A stretch of 64,000 bases of DNA from Abditibacterium sp. GTDB lineage: Bacteria; Armatimonadota; Abditibacteriia; Abditibacteriales; Abditibacteriaceae. The notes under the pieces were generated by a model. It did no database searches. It was not told where the DNA came from and saw nothing but the letters and a program-made list of their open reading frames with translations. The stretch lies in contig CBDASK010000003.1 in the NCBI GenBank assembly GCA_965199495.1, positions 2,880,001-2,944,000 of the forward strand, written 5' to 3'. Numbering within the stretch: position 1 is the stretch's first letter; each line of letters starts with the position of its first letter. This document shows positions 1 to 9,326 of this stretch, in pieces. The position numbers were made by a program, and so were the translations under genes.

Positions 1-283
1 TCACTTCGGCAGTCGCCGTGAGCGCGCCGATTTTCACGTTGGCAAAATTCGCGACGCCGCCCGTCGTGGCACGCCGTTGCCCGTCAACGGTAACGATGCC
101 ATCCACGACTGCGCCCGCCGAATCGCGCAGTTGAACCGTCACGTTGGCTTTGGTCACGACAACCGGCGTCGGCGTGGGAACCAAACTGCCTGGGCCAGAC
201 GATGAGCCACCGCCACAGCCCGCCAGCGCAAGCGCGCCGATGAATGCAGCCACGGCGAGGAGATGAGGAGTTGATATTTTCAT
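1..283 (-). CDS. Lipoprotein, 5' part only (runs off window)
   Basis: ATG at 283 gives MKISTPHLLAVAAFIGALALAGCGGGSS..., with lipobox LAGC and a PTPTP linker; frame open to window edge. Confidence 0.8.
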   Translation of the reverse strand, partial: MKISTPHLLAVAAFIGALALAGCGGGSSSGPGSLVPTPTPVVVTKANVTVQLRDSAGAVVDGIVTVDGQRRATTGGVANFANVKIGALTATAEV

Positions 284-333
284 GATTTGAAGTTTTAGAT
301 TTAATTCAAGCGGAAAAGCGGGGCTGACGCACA

Positions 334-559
334 GGGCGAAAGCATTATAAATTGAGCGTGAAAAGTTGAGTTGTCACTCCGAGAGTAAGGAGCTTGCGAC
401 TGGAACCGAGGAATCTGTCGCTCTCGCGGCAGCGAAAGTAAGAACCTCTTCCGATTTCCGCTGGCGCGGGGCCGTAAGATTCCTCGGTTCCAGTCGCAAG
501 CTCCTTACTCTCGGAATGACAACTCAACTTTTCACGCTCAATTTATAATGCTTTCGCCC
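334..559. repeat. Long palindromic element, family A (83-bp arms, 60-bp spacer)
   Basis: 334-416 is the reverse complement of 477-559 with 1 mismatch; core GTCA(C/T)TCCGAG...CGAGGAATC / GATTCCTCG...CTCGGAATGAC. Confidence 0.9.
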
Positions 560-608
560 CGCTTGCCTAATGCGTTGTCAGAACGAACTATCTGCGTCGA
601 ACATGAAC

Positions 609-3600
609 TTACGAATTGCCCGCCGAGGGCGCCTTCGTCAAAGCGCTCGCCGCGCTACTCGGCGTCACCGAGATCGCGATAGTCGCGGGCGCCGACGGAC
701 GGCCCTGCGCGTCAATGGCGACATAGCGCACGTTTTCCACGCCCGTCCAACCGGCGCGACTGCGATAGAACATTTTCCAGGCGCCGTCGGAATCAAGGCG
801 CAGTTCGCCGGTTCCGTTGGTCGGGCCGCCGACGCGCTTGAAAGTCAACTCGTCGCCATCGGCGTCGGAGCCGCTCACGGGAACAGCGATTTCGACGCCC
901 GAAGCGGCAGTGGCGCTGACATCGCCCGCGACGGGCGGACGATTACGCACGTAAATCGTGATCGTCGCGATGTTCGATTGCGCGCCCTGCGCGTCAATCG
1001 CCACGAACTGCACGCTGTCGGCGCCGCCGTCGGGTTGTCGCAAGTTTTGCACGCGCAGTTTCCATTGCCCATCGGCGGCATCAAGCGCGATTTCGCTGGA
1101 GCCAAACTTCGCGGGCGTCACCATGCGAAACGAGAGCGCGTCGCCATCGGCATCGCTGGCCATCAAAGTTTTGCTGACAATTTCGCCGCGCACGCTCGCG
1201 ACCGAACTGCTGATCGCGACCGGCGCGCGGTTGCCGGGTTTGTCGGCGCCGACGCTGATTTTAATTTTCGCCGTCTGCGAGCGTCCGCCGAAACTATCGA
1301 ACGCGAGTACGTCCACTTCATCGTCGCCGGTCGCGCCTTTGTAAGGGGTGTAAAACAGTTTCCAAACGCCGTCTTCGCGGCGCACATCGGCCAAGCCGCG
1401 TTGGGGGCTGTTGGAACGATTGATGCGCAATTCGTCGCCATCGGCGTCGCTGGCAAACAGCGCGACCGAGGCGGTTTGCCCGCTCTGCACGCGCAAATTG
1501 CCGTCGGCCACCAATGGGGCGCTATTGGCGATGACGGTCGAGGCCGTGCCGCTGGCGATGTTTCCGGCCTCATCGCTCGCGGTCACTTCGACCGAAATCG
1601 TATCGCCCCGGTCGCCGTTGCCCGGCTGGCTCAAATCGAGCGTCGCGCCGTCGTTATCCAAAATGCGGCGCCCGTTGCGCCAGACATACGAATAAGTCAG
1701 CGCCGCATCGGGCGCGAAACCACTGGCGTTGGGCGTCACGGTCAGCGCATCGCGGGTGCGCGCTGGATCGGGCGTAAGTGTCGGCTCGACTTTGCCCAAA
1801 CCGGCGCTTTCGAGTGCCACAATCGTCAGGCGGCGCGGCGTGCCATCGGAAACGAATTGATATTGCCCGCCGCTTTTCATCGCGGTCGAGGCGCCGGTGA
1901 CGGTATCGAGCAAGCTCAAGCGCAAGTTGCGCATCGAAGCGTCGAATTTGTCCCATTGCAGCGTGACTGTTTCGCCGGGCGCCGTGCCATCCACAATCGC
2001 CGACCAACTGGCGGTTTTGGTTTGCGTCAACTGCGCTTGCGTCGCATAAGATTCGGCCAATCCACTACCCGCCGCGCTCGCGCCGTTGGCGTCGGCGCCC
2101 TCGAATCGCAGCGAAACCACGCGCGCCGCCGCCGGAGGCTTGGCGATATTGGGCGCGTCCGAAACGCCGAAACGCCCAGCGATGTCGCGAGTATTCTTGC
2201 CGCTCGCGGTCAAATTCAGGCTCCAACCGCTCGTTTTGGTCAGCGCACTGGTGCGCGCGTTCGCCGTGGCTGCTGTTGTCGGGTCGAAGACCAGAGCCAC
2301 GCCGCGCTCTGGCCCGGCGAAAATGAAATAGCCCTCAAACGGATTCAATTTTCCATCGCCAACATCGGCGCGCACATAACCGCCTTCGGGCAGCCAGCGC
2401 CAGAGGCCGGGCGCGACCCAACCGCGACTTTGCGCCGTCGCCAGCGAAACCGGCGCGAACCCGCCGTTGCGCACCTGAATCGCCGAAGCCGCCATCGTGC
2501 GGTTAAACGGCACGCCGATCTGGTTCCAGCCACCAATGAGCGGCACTTCGGTGGCTTTGTCGGCGGGCGGCGGGCTGGCCTGCACTTGCGTCGAGTAACC
2601 GCTCGCATCCACGCCCAACCAGTAGCCACGCCCCGGCGCAAGGGGCGCCGAAATGTTGGGATAAATCTCGTAACTGCCCGCGCCGATGCCAAACACCAGC
2701 GAACCGTTTTGCAAAGTCGCGGGCGATAAATTGGGCCGGTAGCGCGCCAGTTTCAACGCGTCGGGCGCCAAATTGAGCGCCGCCGCTTCGTCGGTTTTAA
2801 TCGGGAAACCGGGTAAGGAAACCATGCGAAGCTGGCTTTGCCCGGCGGGCGCCGTGAAGTTCAGCGTCTGCAAACTCGACGGCACCTGCAACAAAAACCC
2901 AACCGAGCGCGCCGAATTGCCGGGCGCCAGAAACGCCGTATTGCGACGCAAAGTTACGCCACCAAAAGTAAACGCGGTTTGCACGCGCGGCCCCGACGAA
3001 TAGGGCGCCGAAGCCTCCCAGACGCCGCGCGTCACCGGCACATTTTGGGTCGCGCTACCGCTCAGTTGCAAAAGCCCGTTTTGCCCGCCCAACGTGCCGC
3101 CATAAAAACTCGAAGTCGAGTTGACGTTGCCGACGACGCCCGCCGGAAAATAGCTCGTCGCCTCGGCCTGTCCGTAGCGGGCCTTGACAGTCAAAAGCGC
3201 GCGGTCGGGCGTGCCGAGCGAGCTAAAGCCCGCGCCAAAACGCGCCTCGCCGGGAAACTGCGGGTCGGCGCCGAAATTCAACACGTTATTTTGCAACAAC
3301 TCCACCGACAAATTGGAAACGTCGCGCCCGGTTTCATCGAAAACCGCCACGCTGCCCAAGCCGCCCGATGCGGTCTCGCTGCCCGCGTTATCGGTCGCAA
3401 ACGCTTGCGCGAAACCGCTAAAACCCGGACGCGTATCGCCGGTTGCGGGCGCGGGCGAAGGCAAAAGCGCCAAATACAATTTCTGGCCGCTCGTCACGTT
3501 GGAATCGAGCGCGTATTGCGCGCGCACCCAATCGCTGAACGAACGTCCCTCGACAGTCGGGACAACGCCCGCAGCCAAACCCTGCAACTCGGACACGGAA

Positions 3601-4481
3601 ATCGCCGTGCCCGCCGCGCCGCGCCCGTAGAGCGCGGCGTTGAACTGCGCCAAAAAGTTGGGGTTTTCGACCGACATTTTCAAGAACGCGGCCTGCGCCA
3701 TCGCCAGTCGAAACGCCGAAATCGCCAGATCGGAACCGCTACGCGGATAGATATAGGCGTTGCTGAGTTCGGGCCGATTGAGAAAATCGTAGACCGGCAA
3801 AACGTAGCCGCCCAGCGCCGACGGATTGAAATTAGCGGGCGAACCCTGCGCCTGATAAGCGACCAAAATCGCGCCCGCATCGGCCATGCCGTAGAGCCAC
3901 GGCTCGACGTAGTCGCCCGCCAAAAAGTTAAAGGCGGGTACGCGCGGCCCCTGAAAAGCGATCAGCGCCAGCCGCGTGAAATTGTAGGTATTGACATCGT
4001 TGTTGCGACCACCATCGAAGCCAAAAATAATGGTGCCGCCCGTCGCTCCCCCGACTTTGGGCGGAATATAAGCCGAGGTGCCCGCCTCGAATTGCACCGT
4101 TACAGTTTTGCCCGCCTGTTCGGGCGCCGGAGCGCCATAAACCGCCACCATGCGACTGTAATTGGCGTTGAGAAAACTCTGCAAAACGGTCTGCTGCGCC
4201 GCCGTATAGCCGGTGAACGAAAATTTGAGTGGCCCGGTCAAATTCTGCGTAGAAGACGACAACGCGCCCGCCGCCACACGATTCAAACTCGCTTGCGGCG
4301 GCTTGACGACGACTTTGGTCAAAGACGCGCCGGGGCCGAGCAAGCCCATGCTGCGAAACAGCGAAGACGAGCGGTTTTGCTGGCTCGTGATCTGGTTTTG
4401 CGCGCGCGCGGACAAAGTTCCCGTGGCGGTGGCTCCTGAGAGCGCGAGCAGCAGACAAAGCGAGGTGAGGCGAGAGTTCAT
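609..4481 (-). CDS. Large secreted protein with C-terminal tandem Ig-like (Big_9/cadherin-like) repeats
   Basis: 1290 aa; signal peptide; three N(S/R)(A/P)PxA...SDADGDxL repeats at the C-terminus. Confidence 0.8.
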   Translation of the reverse strand: MNSRLTSLCLLLALSGATATGTLSARAQNQITSQQNRSSSLFRSMGLLGPGASLTKVVVKPPQASLNRVAAGALSSSTQNLTGPLKFSFTGYTAAQQTVLQSFLNANYSRMVAVYGAPAPEQAGKTVTVQFEAGTSAYIPPKVGGATGGTIIFGFDGGRNNDVNTYNFTRLALIAFQGPRVPAFNFLAGDYVEPWLYGMADAGAILVAYQAQGSPANFNPSALGGYVLPVYDFLNRPELSNAYIYPRSGSDLAISAFRLAMAQAAFLKMSVENPNFLAQFNAALYGRGAAGTAISVSELQGLAAGVVPTVEGRSFSDWVRAQYALDSNVTSGQKLYLALLPSPAPATGDTRPGFSGFAQAFATDNAGSETASGGLGSVAVFDETGRDVSNLSVELLQNNVLNFGADPQFPGEARFGAGFSSLGTPDRALLTVKARYGQAEATSYFPAGVVGNVNSTSSFYGGTLGGQNGLLQLSGSATQNVPVTRGVWEASAPYSSGPRVQTAFTFGGVTLRRNTAFLAPGNSARSVGFLLQVPSSLQTLNFTAPAGQSQLRMVSLPGFPIKTDEAAALNLAPDALKLARYRPNLSPATLQNGSLVFGIGAGSYEIYPNISAPLAPGRGYWLGVDASGYSTQVQASPPPADKATEVPLIGGWNQIGVPFNRTMAASAIQVRNGGFAPVSLATAQSRGWVAPGLWRWLPEGGYVRADVGDGKLNPFEGYFIFAGPERGVALVFDPTTAATANARTSALTKTSGWSLNLTASGKNTRDIAGRFGVSDAPNIAKPPAAARVVSLRFEGADANGASAAGSGLAESYATQAQLTQTKTASWSAIVDGTAPGETVTLQWDKFDASMRNLRLSLLDTVTGASTAMKSGGQYQFVSDGTPRRLTIVALESAGLGKVEPTLTPDPARTRDALTVTPNASGFAPDAALTYSYVWRNGRRILDNDGATLDLSQPGNGDRGDTISVEVTASDEAGNIASGTASTVIANSAPLVADGNLRVQSGQTASVALFASDADGDELRINRSNSPQRGLADVRREDGVWKLFYTPYKGATGDDEVDVLAFDSFGGRSQTAKIKISVGADKPGNRAPVAISSSVASVRGEIVSKTLMASDADGDALSFRMVTPAKFGSSEIALDAADGQWKLRVQNLRQPDGGADSVQFVAIDAQGAQSNIATITIYVRNRPPVAGDVSATAASGVEIAVPVSGSDADGDELTFKRVGGPTNGTGELRLDSDGAWKMFYRSRAGWTGVENVRYVAIDAQGRPSAPATIAISVTPSSAASALTKAPSAGNS

Positions 4482-4547
4482 AAAGAAAAGTGCGCAATTT
4501 CGACTGCGCGCGGCGAGAAAAGTTACAGCAAAGGCGCCGTTAATTTT

Positions 4548-5048
4548 TCAGTTAAAGACCAACATTTTGGGCGGACGCACGGCCCAACGCACCAGCCACA
4601 GCGCGGGCCAAATCGCGAGGGCGTGCAGCAACATCGAGGCGGGCGTGTGCGCGCTCCAGTATTCCAAATTCCACTCGCTCGGAGAAAAGAGCAGATAGAG
4701 TCCGTCGGCCAAAAGCGCCGATAGCGCGGCCAAAACCGGCGGCACGAACGGATTGGAGCGGCCCCAACGCGGCGCGATCCAACCGGCCACAACGCACGGC
4801 ACCAAACGCGAAACCAACAGCGAACCGGGATGCAGCATCGCCGCCAGCCCCGCCAGATAGCCCGCGCCCGCCCCGGCCAAAGCGCCGCGCGCGGCGCCGC
4901 CTTCGATGGCGACGCACAGCGCTACCAGAAACGCCGCGTCCAATTGGGCGCCGCCCAGATGAACCGACAACAATCTGCTCGTTTGCAGTGCGTAGGCCAG
5001 AATGAGGAGCGGCGCGGCGCGCCAGAAGCGGCCTTCTTGGGTCAACAC
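4548..5048 (-). CDS. mreD: Rod shape-determining protein MreD
   Basis: 166-aa multi-TM hydrophobic protein, co-oriented downstream of mreB-mreC. Confidence 0.7.
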   Translation of the reverse strand: MLTQEGRFWRAAPLLILAYALQTSRLLSVHLGGAQLDAAFLVALCVAIEGGAARGALAGAGAGYLAGLAAMLHPGSLLVSRLVPCVVAGWIAPRWGRSNPFVPPVLAALSALLADGLYLLFSPSEWNLEYWSAHTPASMLLHALAIWPALWLVRWAVRPPKMLVFN

Positions 5049-5087
5049 AAGGGGAAAGGATAAAGGATGAGGGATGAAGGATAAAGG
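5049..5087. repeat. Heptamer tandem repeat (GGATAAA/GGATGAG/GGATGAA), single arm
   Basis: aaggggaaaggataaaggatgagggatgaaggataaagg abutting the mreD start. Confidence 0.7.
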
Positions 5088-5109
5088 CCGAAACTGTAAA
5101 ATAATGGGG

Positions 5110-5604
5110 ATGAACCGTTGTTATTTTGCCGCGCTCGGACTTTTAATCGCTGGATGCGCGCGACCTCAAGCGCCCGCCGTGGCTGTTGCGCCGACGGCAA
5201 AGCCAGTTCCAACCGCGACGCCGATGACGGTTGCGGTGCCCGCGATGCCAATTCAGGTCACGCCGACACCCGATTCCGCAGAGGCCGCAAGACAAGCCGT
5301 TGTATTGCGCGAATTGGCGCGCTTGCGCACGGCCTCACCCGACCAAGATTTCGCGACCGCGTGGGCAAACAAAGATACGCGATTTATCGGCGTAAATGGT
5401 TTTTCCTTGAATTTGCCCGGCGTGCCAAAAGAAAGAATCCGCGCGGCAATCATGCGCGGCCAAGTCAATCCCGTCGAAGGCACAGGCGATGCTATGGACT
5501 CAGCAGGAGTGGAATTATATGAGGTCGCCACCAAATATGCGACGCGTTACAATCAGCTTTTGCTACAAAAATTGGACGAGCAGAAAAACATTAAAGTGGA
5601 TTAA
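5110..5604 (+). CDS. Hypothetical lipoprotein
   Basis: MNRCYFAALGLLIAGC lipobox and Pro/Thr linker; the upstream ORF extension is translated repeat. Confidence 0.7.
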   Translation: MNRCYFAALGLLIAGCARPQAPAVAVAPTAKPVPTATPMTVAVPAMPIQVTPTPDSAEAARQAVVLRELARLRTASPDQDFATAWANKDTRFIGVNGFSLNLPGVPKERIRAAIMRGQVNPVEGTGDAMDSAGVELYEVATKYATRYNQLLLQKLDEQKNIKVD

Positions 5605-5633
5605 TACAAACTTGAAGCGGGCGCTTCGCTTCG

Positions 5634-5709
5634 AGCGGGGCTGACGCACCCTTCCAATCGGCGGAGTTCGTCGAAAGCACAGAGATTGGAAGGGTGCGTC
5701 AGCCCCGCT
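5634..5709. repeat. REP-like hairpin, family C (26-bp arms, 24-bp spacer)
   Basis: AGCGGGGCTGACGCACCCTTCCAATC...GATTGGAAGGGTGCGTCAGCCCCGCT; recurs at 9221, 34556, 61563. Confidence 0.9.
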
Positions 5710-5730
5710 GTTGAAATTGCCACAAATCTA

Positions 5731-6552
5731 TCAACTTTTGCCGCGCAAACGCACTTTCACGACCGACAGTGACTCGAACGGCACCGCCGGTTCGATTGTC
5801 GCCGATTGTTGCGAGGTGACGCGATTTTTCTCGACCGAGCGCACGCGGCCAATCACCAAGCCGGGCGGAAAAACCGCGCCGTTATCGCGCGCTAAGCCGC
5901 TCGATAAAACCGTGTCGCCCGCGCGCACATCGGCGTCGTAGGCGAGATAATCGAGGCGCGCGATGCGACTGCCATCGCCCACGACAACGCCCTGCGCGCC
6001 CGAACGTCCGACGCGCGCGCCCAACGCGCCCTCGCGGTCAATGATGAGCGTCACGACGCACGTCAGTTCGCCGACCTGCGTGACCTGCCCGACGACGCCC
6101 TGCGCGCTATAAGCCACGTCGCGCGTCTGCACGCCCTGCTGCGTGCCAACACCCAGTGTCAGGCGGCGCGAAAGCGGCGAAGTTTCGGACGAAACGACCG
6201 GCGCGAGGATTGAAACTCCGCCGGATAAATTGGGCATTTTCAGCAACGCGCGCAATTCTTCGTTTTCGCGGCTCAAACTCAAAAGCCGCGCGGTTTGCGC
6301 GCGCGTCTCGTCGAGTTCGGTTTGGAGCCGCGCGTTTTCTGAGGCCAGATCGTCGCGCCGCACGATGACGTGCCCGACATCGGTCAGATAGTTGCCGCCC
6401 GCGCGCAAACCGATTTGTAAGGGCGAAAGCGCCGTCGTCGCCACGCTATCGGGCAACGCCATCGCGCCGCGCCCGGCGGCGACGGTTTGCCAGCCGACCA
6501 AACCGAGCAGACAGGCGGCGCCCAAAGTCCAAGTCCAAGAAGAAATTCGCAT
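5731..6552 (-). CDS. mreC: Rod shape-determining protein MreC
   Basis: Coiled coil ENARL..ENEELRALL; GVVGQV and VRAGDTVLSSG..FPPGLVIGRV motifs; follows mreB. Confidence 0.92.
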   Translation of the reverse strand: MRISSWTWTLGAACLLGLVGWQTVAAGRGAMALPDSVATTALSPLQIGLRAGGNYLTDVGHVIVRRDDLASENARLQTELDETRAQTARLLSLSRENEELRALLKMPNLSGGVSILAPVVSSETSPLSRRLTLGVGTQQGVQTRDVAYSAQGVVGQVTQVGELTCVVTLIIDREGALGARVGRSGAQGVVVGDGSRIARLDYLAYDADVRAGDTVLSSGLARDNGAVFPPGLVIGRVRSVEKNRVTSQQSATIEPAVPFESLSVVKVRLRGKS

Positions 6553-6575
6553 AAATATCGCTGTTACTCTTGTAG

Positions 6576-6796
6576 AAAACTCAAGTTACCCGCTTCTACC
6601 TACGCTTGTCATTCTGAGCGCGGGCGCCCTCTGGGCAGCAGGCACGAACGCAGTCGAAGAATCCATAACTATGGATGAGGACGAAGCGAAGTCAACGCGC
6701 AATCTTTGGATTCTTCGACTGCGTTCGTGCCTGCTGCCCAGAGGGCGCCCGCGCTCAGAATGACAAGCGTAGGTAGAAGCGGGCAACTTGAGTTTT
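6576..6796. repeat. Long palindromic element, family A (90-bp arms)
   Basis: 6576-6665 is the reverse complement of 6707-6796 with 1 mismatch; core GTCATTCTGAGCG...CGAAGAATCC. Confidence 0.9.
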
Positions 6797-6823
6797 TGTC
6801 GCGAGAAAAATTGCGCTCTTTTC

Positions 6824-7825
6824 TCAATCTTTCCAGCGTTCGAGCGCGCGGCCCGTTCCCAACGCCACGCACCACAACGGATTGGCGGCGATATGAACTG
6901 GCGTTTGCACCGCTTCGGAAATCGCCGTATCTAACCCGCGCAATAGCGCGCCGCCGCCCGCCAGCGTGATGCCGCGTTCGATGACATCCGATGTCAGTTC
7001 GGGCGGCGCGTTTTCCAAGGCGCTGCGCACCAATTCGATGATTTCGCGCACCGGGTCGGCGATGGCTTCGCGCAGTTCGCCCGTCGAAAGCGGCAGGGCC
7101 GTCGGTAAGCCGCTAATCAAGTGGCGACCGCGCACCGTGACCTGCGAATCGGGAATCACTTTGTGCGCGGAAGCCGCTTCCATTTTCAAGCGTTCGGCGG
7201 TGTTTTCGCCGACCAACAGATTATGTTGGTGGCGCAGATAAAAAGTGATAGCGTCGGTAATTTCGTCGCCCGCCGTGCGCGACGAAGCGCTGGCCACGAT
7301 GCCGCCCAGCGAAACCAGAGCGACTTCGGTCGTGCCACCGCCAATGTCCACGATCATCGAACCGACCGGTTCGTCAACCGGCAAATCGGCGCCAAAAGCG
7401 GCGGCCATCGGCTCTTCGATGATGCGCGCCGCGCGCGCGCCCGTGCGCGAAGCCGCGCCCATCACGGCACGCTTTTCGACTTCGGTGATGCCCGATGGAA
7501 CGCCGATCATAATGCGCGGCGAAGTGAAAGAGCGCCCGCGATGGACGCGCGTGATGAAATGTTTGAGCATTTCGCGCGCGACTTCAAAGTCGGCGATGAC
7601 GCCATTTTTGAGCGGGCGAATGGTAACGATATGCGACGGCGTGCGCCCGATCATGGCGCGCGCGTCTTCGCCGACGGCCACGATTTCGTTGCGCGTCTTG
7701 TCAATCGCCACGACCGATGGCTCCGACAAAACAACGCCGCGCTTTTGCACCCACACCAAAGTATTGGCGGTGCCCAGATCAATGCCGAGGTCTTGCGCGA
7801 AGCGTCCAAAAAAAGAAGGTAACAC
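6824..7825 (-). CDS. mreB: Actin-like rod shape-determining protein MreB
   Basis: GIDLGTANT, IRPLKNGVIADF, DIGGGTTEVA, GGGALLRGL. Confidence 0.97.
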   Translation of the reverse strand: MLPSFFGRFAQDLGIDLGTANTLVWVQKRGVVLSEPSVVAIDKTRNEIVAVGEDARAMIGRTPSHIVTIRPLKNGVIADFEVAREMLKHFITRVHRGRSFTSPRIMIGVPSGITEVEKRAVMGAASRTGARAARIIEEPMAAAFGADLPVDEPVGSMIVDIGGGTTEVALVSLGGIVASASSRTAGDEITDAITFYLRHQHNLLVGENTAERLKMEAASAHKVIPDSQVTVRGRHLISGLPTALPLSTGELREAIADPVREIIELVRSALENAPPELTSDVIERGITLAGGGALLRGLDTAISEAVQTPVHIAANPLWCVALGTGRALERWKD

Positions 7826-7915
7826 GGATAAAAGCCGAAAATTGGCGCGCCTTTAGTTATGCTTGATTTTCAACTTCTTCGCGTGAAATTCGCTCAAAGA
7901 AACGCGGTTGCGCTC

Positions 7916-8308
7916 TTAATCCGCCGGAGAATCGCGATGGCGCGCGACAATTTTTTCTTCGTAATTCAAAATCGCTTCGAGGTTGGCCAAACGCTCGTCC
8001 ATTTCTCGGATTGTTTTCGTTTCCGAAACCGAAGCAGCGCCCCGAATTTCGCCTTCGGAACCGCTATTCCACGCCCAGAACAACGCGCCAGCCACGCCGA
8101 CGCCCATCGCGACCAACGCGGATATCGGATTGACAAGCGCCAAAAAGTAGGTGATGGCGCACAGCGCGCCGATGCCCAAAATTCGCCACGTAGATTTGGC
8201 GCGTTGACGTTGACGCGCCGCCGAACGCTCGATCACTTCCAATTGCTGTGCGGGCGTCAGGTGCAGATGATTCCGCAATAAATTTAACGTGTGTTCGTGT
8301 TGGTTCAT
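7916..8308 (-). CDS. Small membrane protein with a C-terminal coiled coil (weakly PspB-like)
   Basis: ATG 8308 with GGAG upstream; two TM helices then EMDERLANLEAIL; the longer ORF call overlaps maf. Confidence 0.65.
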   Translation of the reverse strand: MNQHEHTLNLLRNHLHLTPAQQLEVIERSAARQRQRAKSTWRILGIGALCAITYFLALVNPISALVAMGVGVAGALFWAWNSGSEGEIRGAASVSETKTIREMDERLANLEAILNYEEKIVARHRDSPAD

Positions 8309-8363
8309 GGCCACTCCCTGATTTAGGATGAGCGGCCTTCGGGCCGCTTCATTCGCGAGTTTA

Positions 8364-8948
8364 TCAATTCCAACTTGCTTCGATAGGGACTCCAAACTCG
8401 CGCAGCATCGCCGCCAATCGAAAGAGTGGCAAACCCACGACATTCCAGTAATCGCCCTCAATTTTGGTGACGAGCAACGCGCCTTTGCCCTGCGCGCCAT
8501 AGGAGCCAGCTTTATCCAACGGCTCGCCGGTTTTGACATAAGCCGCGATGAATTCATCGGAGAAATCGCCGAAAGTTACGCGAGTCATTTCATGCGCGCT
8601 TTCGATGCGCGCGCCCTGTTGTAGGCAAACACCCGAATAAACCCGATGAGTTTTACCGCGCAAACGCCGCAGCATCGCGGCGGCGTGGCTGCTATCGGCG
8701 GGCTTGCCCAAAATTTCGTTGTCAATTACTACAACCGTGTCGGCGGCGATAATCAAATCGTCGCTTTTAACTTTAATGGCGCCCGCTTTCAGGCGCGCCA
8801 ATCGTTCCACAAAGGCGCCGGGATTGCGGCCATCTTCGAGTGTCGGCGCGGGTTCATCGGCGGGCGAAGGACAAACGGTGAAATCTAAACCGAGCGCGCT
8901 CAAAAGTTGCGAGCGGCGCGGTGAAGCCGAGGCGAGGATAATTTTCAT
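8364..8948 (-). CDS. maf: Maf-family nucleoside triphosphate pyrophosphatase
   Basis: IILASASPRR, ADTVV, ILGKP, EPLDKAGSYG, NVVGLP. Confidence 0.96.
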   Translation of the reverse strand: MKIILASASPRRSQLLSALGLDFTVCPSPADEPAPTLEDGRNPGAFVERLARLKAGAIKVKSDDLIIAADTVVVIDNEILGKPADSSHAAAMLRRLRGKTHRVYSGVCLQQGARIESAHEMTRVTFGDFSDEFIAAYVKTGEPLDKAGSYGAQGKGALLVTKIEGDYWNVVGLPLFRLAAMLREFGVPIEASWN

Positions 8949-8955
8949 ACAAAAA

Positions 8956-9029
8956 AAGGCTGAAGCACAAAGTTAAAATGCGGGCGAAACCCGATTTTTC
9001 CTTTATCCTTCAGCCTTAACCCCTTCCTT
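8956..9029. repeat. Degenerate heptamer-armed hairpin between tRNA-Leu and maf
   Basis: aaggctgaag...ctttatccttcagccttaacccctt; same GGATAAA/GGCTGAA unit type as 5049. Confidence 0.5.
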
Positions 9030-9112
<83 letters not shown>

Positions 9113-9220
9113 GTCGCACCAATTGGGTGCCATCAAGGTATAAAGCGAATCGCGCCAATCGTCAAGCGGAAAAGCGGGGAATTTAAAATTTTGGGGGTTA
9201 GACCGAGGCGCTTCGCTTCG

Positions 9221-9296
9221 AGCGGGGCTAACGCACCCTTCCAATCAGTAGAGTTCTTCGAGAAAATATCGATTGGAAGGGTGCGTCAGCCCCGCT
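9221..9296. repeat. REP-like hairpin, family C
   Basis: 76 bp; same arms as 5634 and the same GGCGCTTCGCTTCG 5' flank. Confidence 0.9.
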
Positions 9297-9326
9297 ATTT
9301 AAGTTGCCAGCGACAGACAAAAGGCA

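Noticed and set aside
345..548. Two mirror-image 60-aa ORFs
   Set aside because: Artefacts of the 334-559 palindrome; the same applies to ORFs at 6487-6875, 34303-34653 and 58741-58951
570..2729. 719-aa plus-strand ORF and other long antisense ORFs (2838-4439, 52944-54488, 55708-57540)
   Set aside because: Shadow frames of well-supported genes in GC-rich DNA; Arg-rich with no motifs
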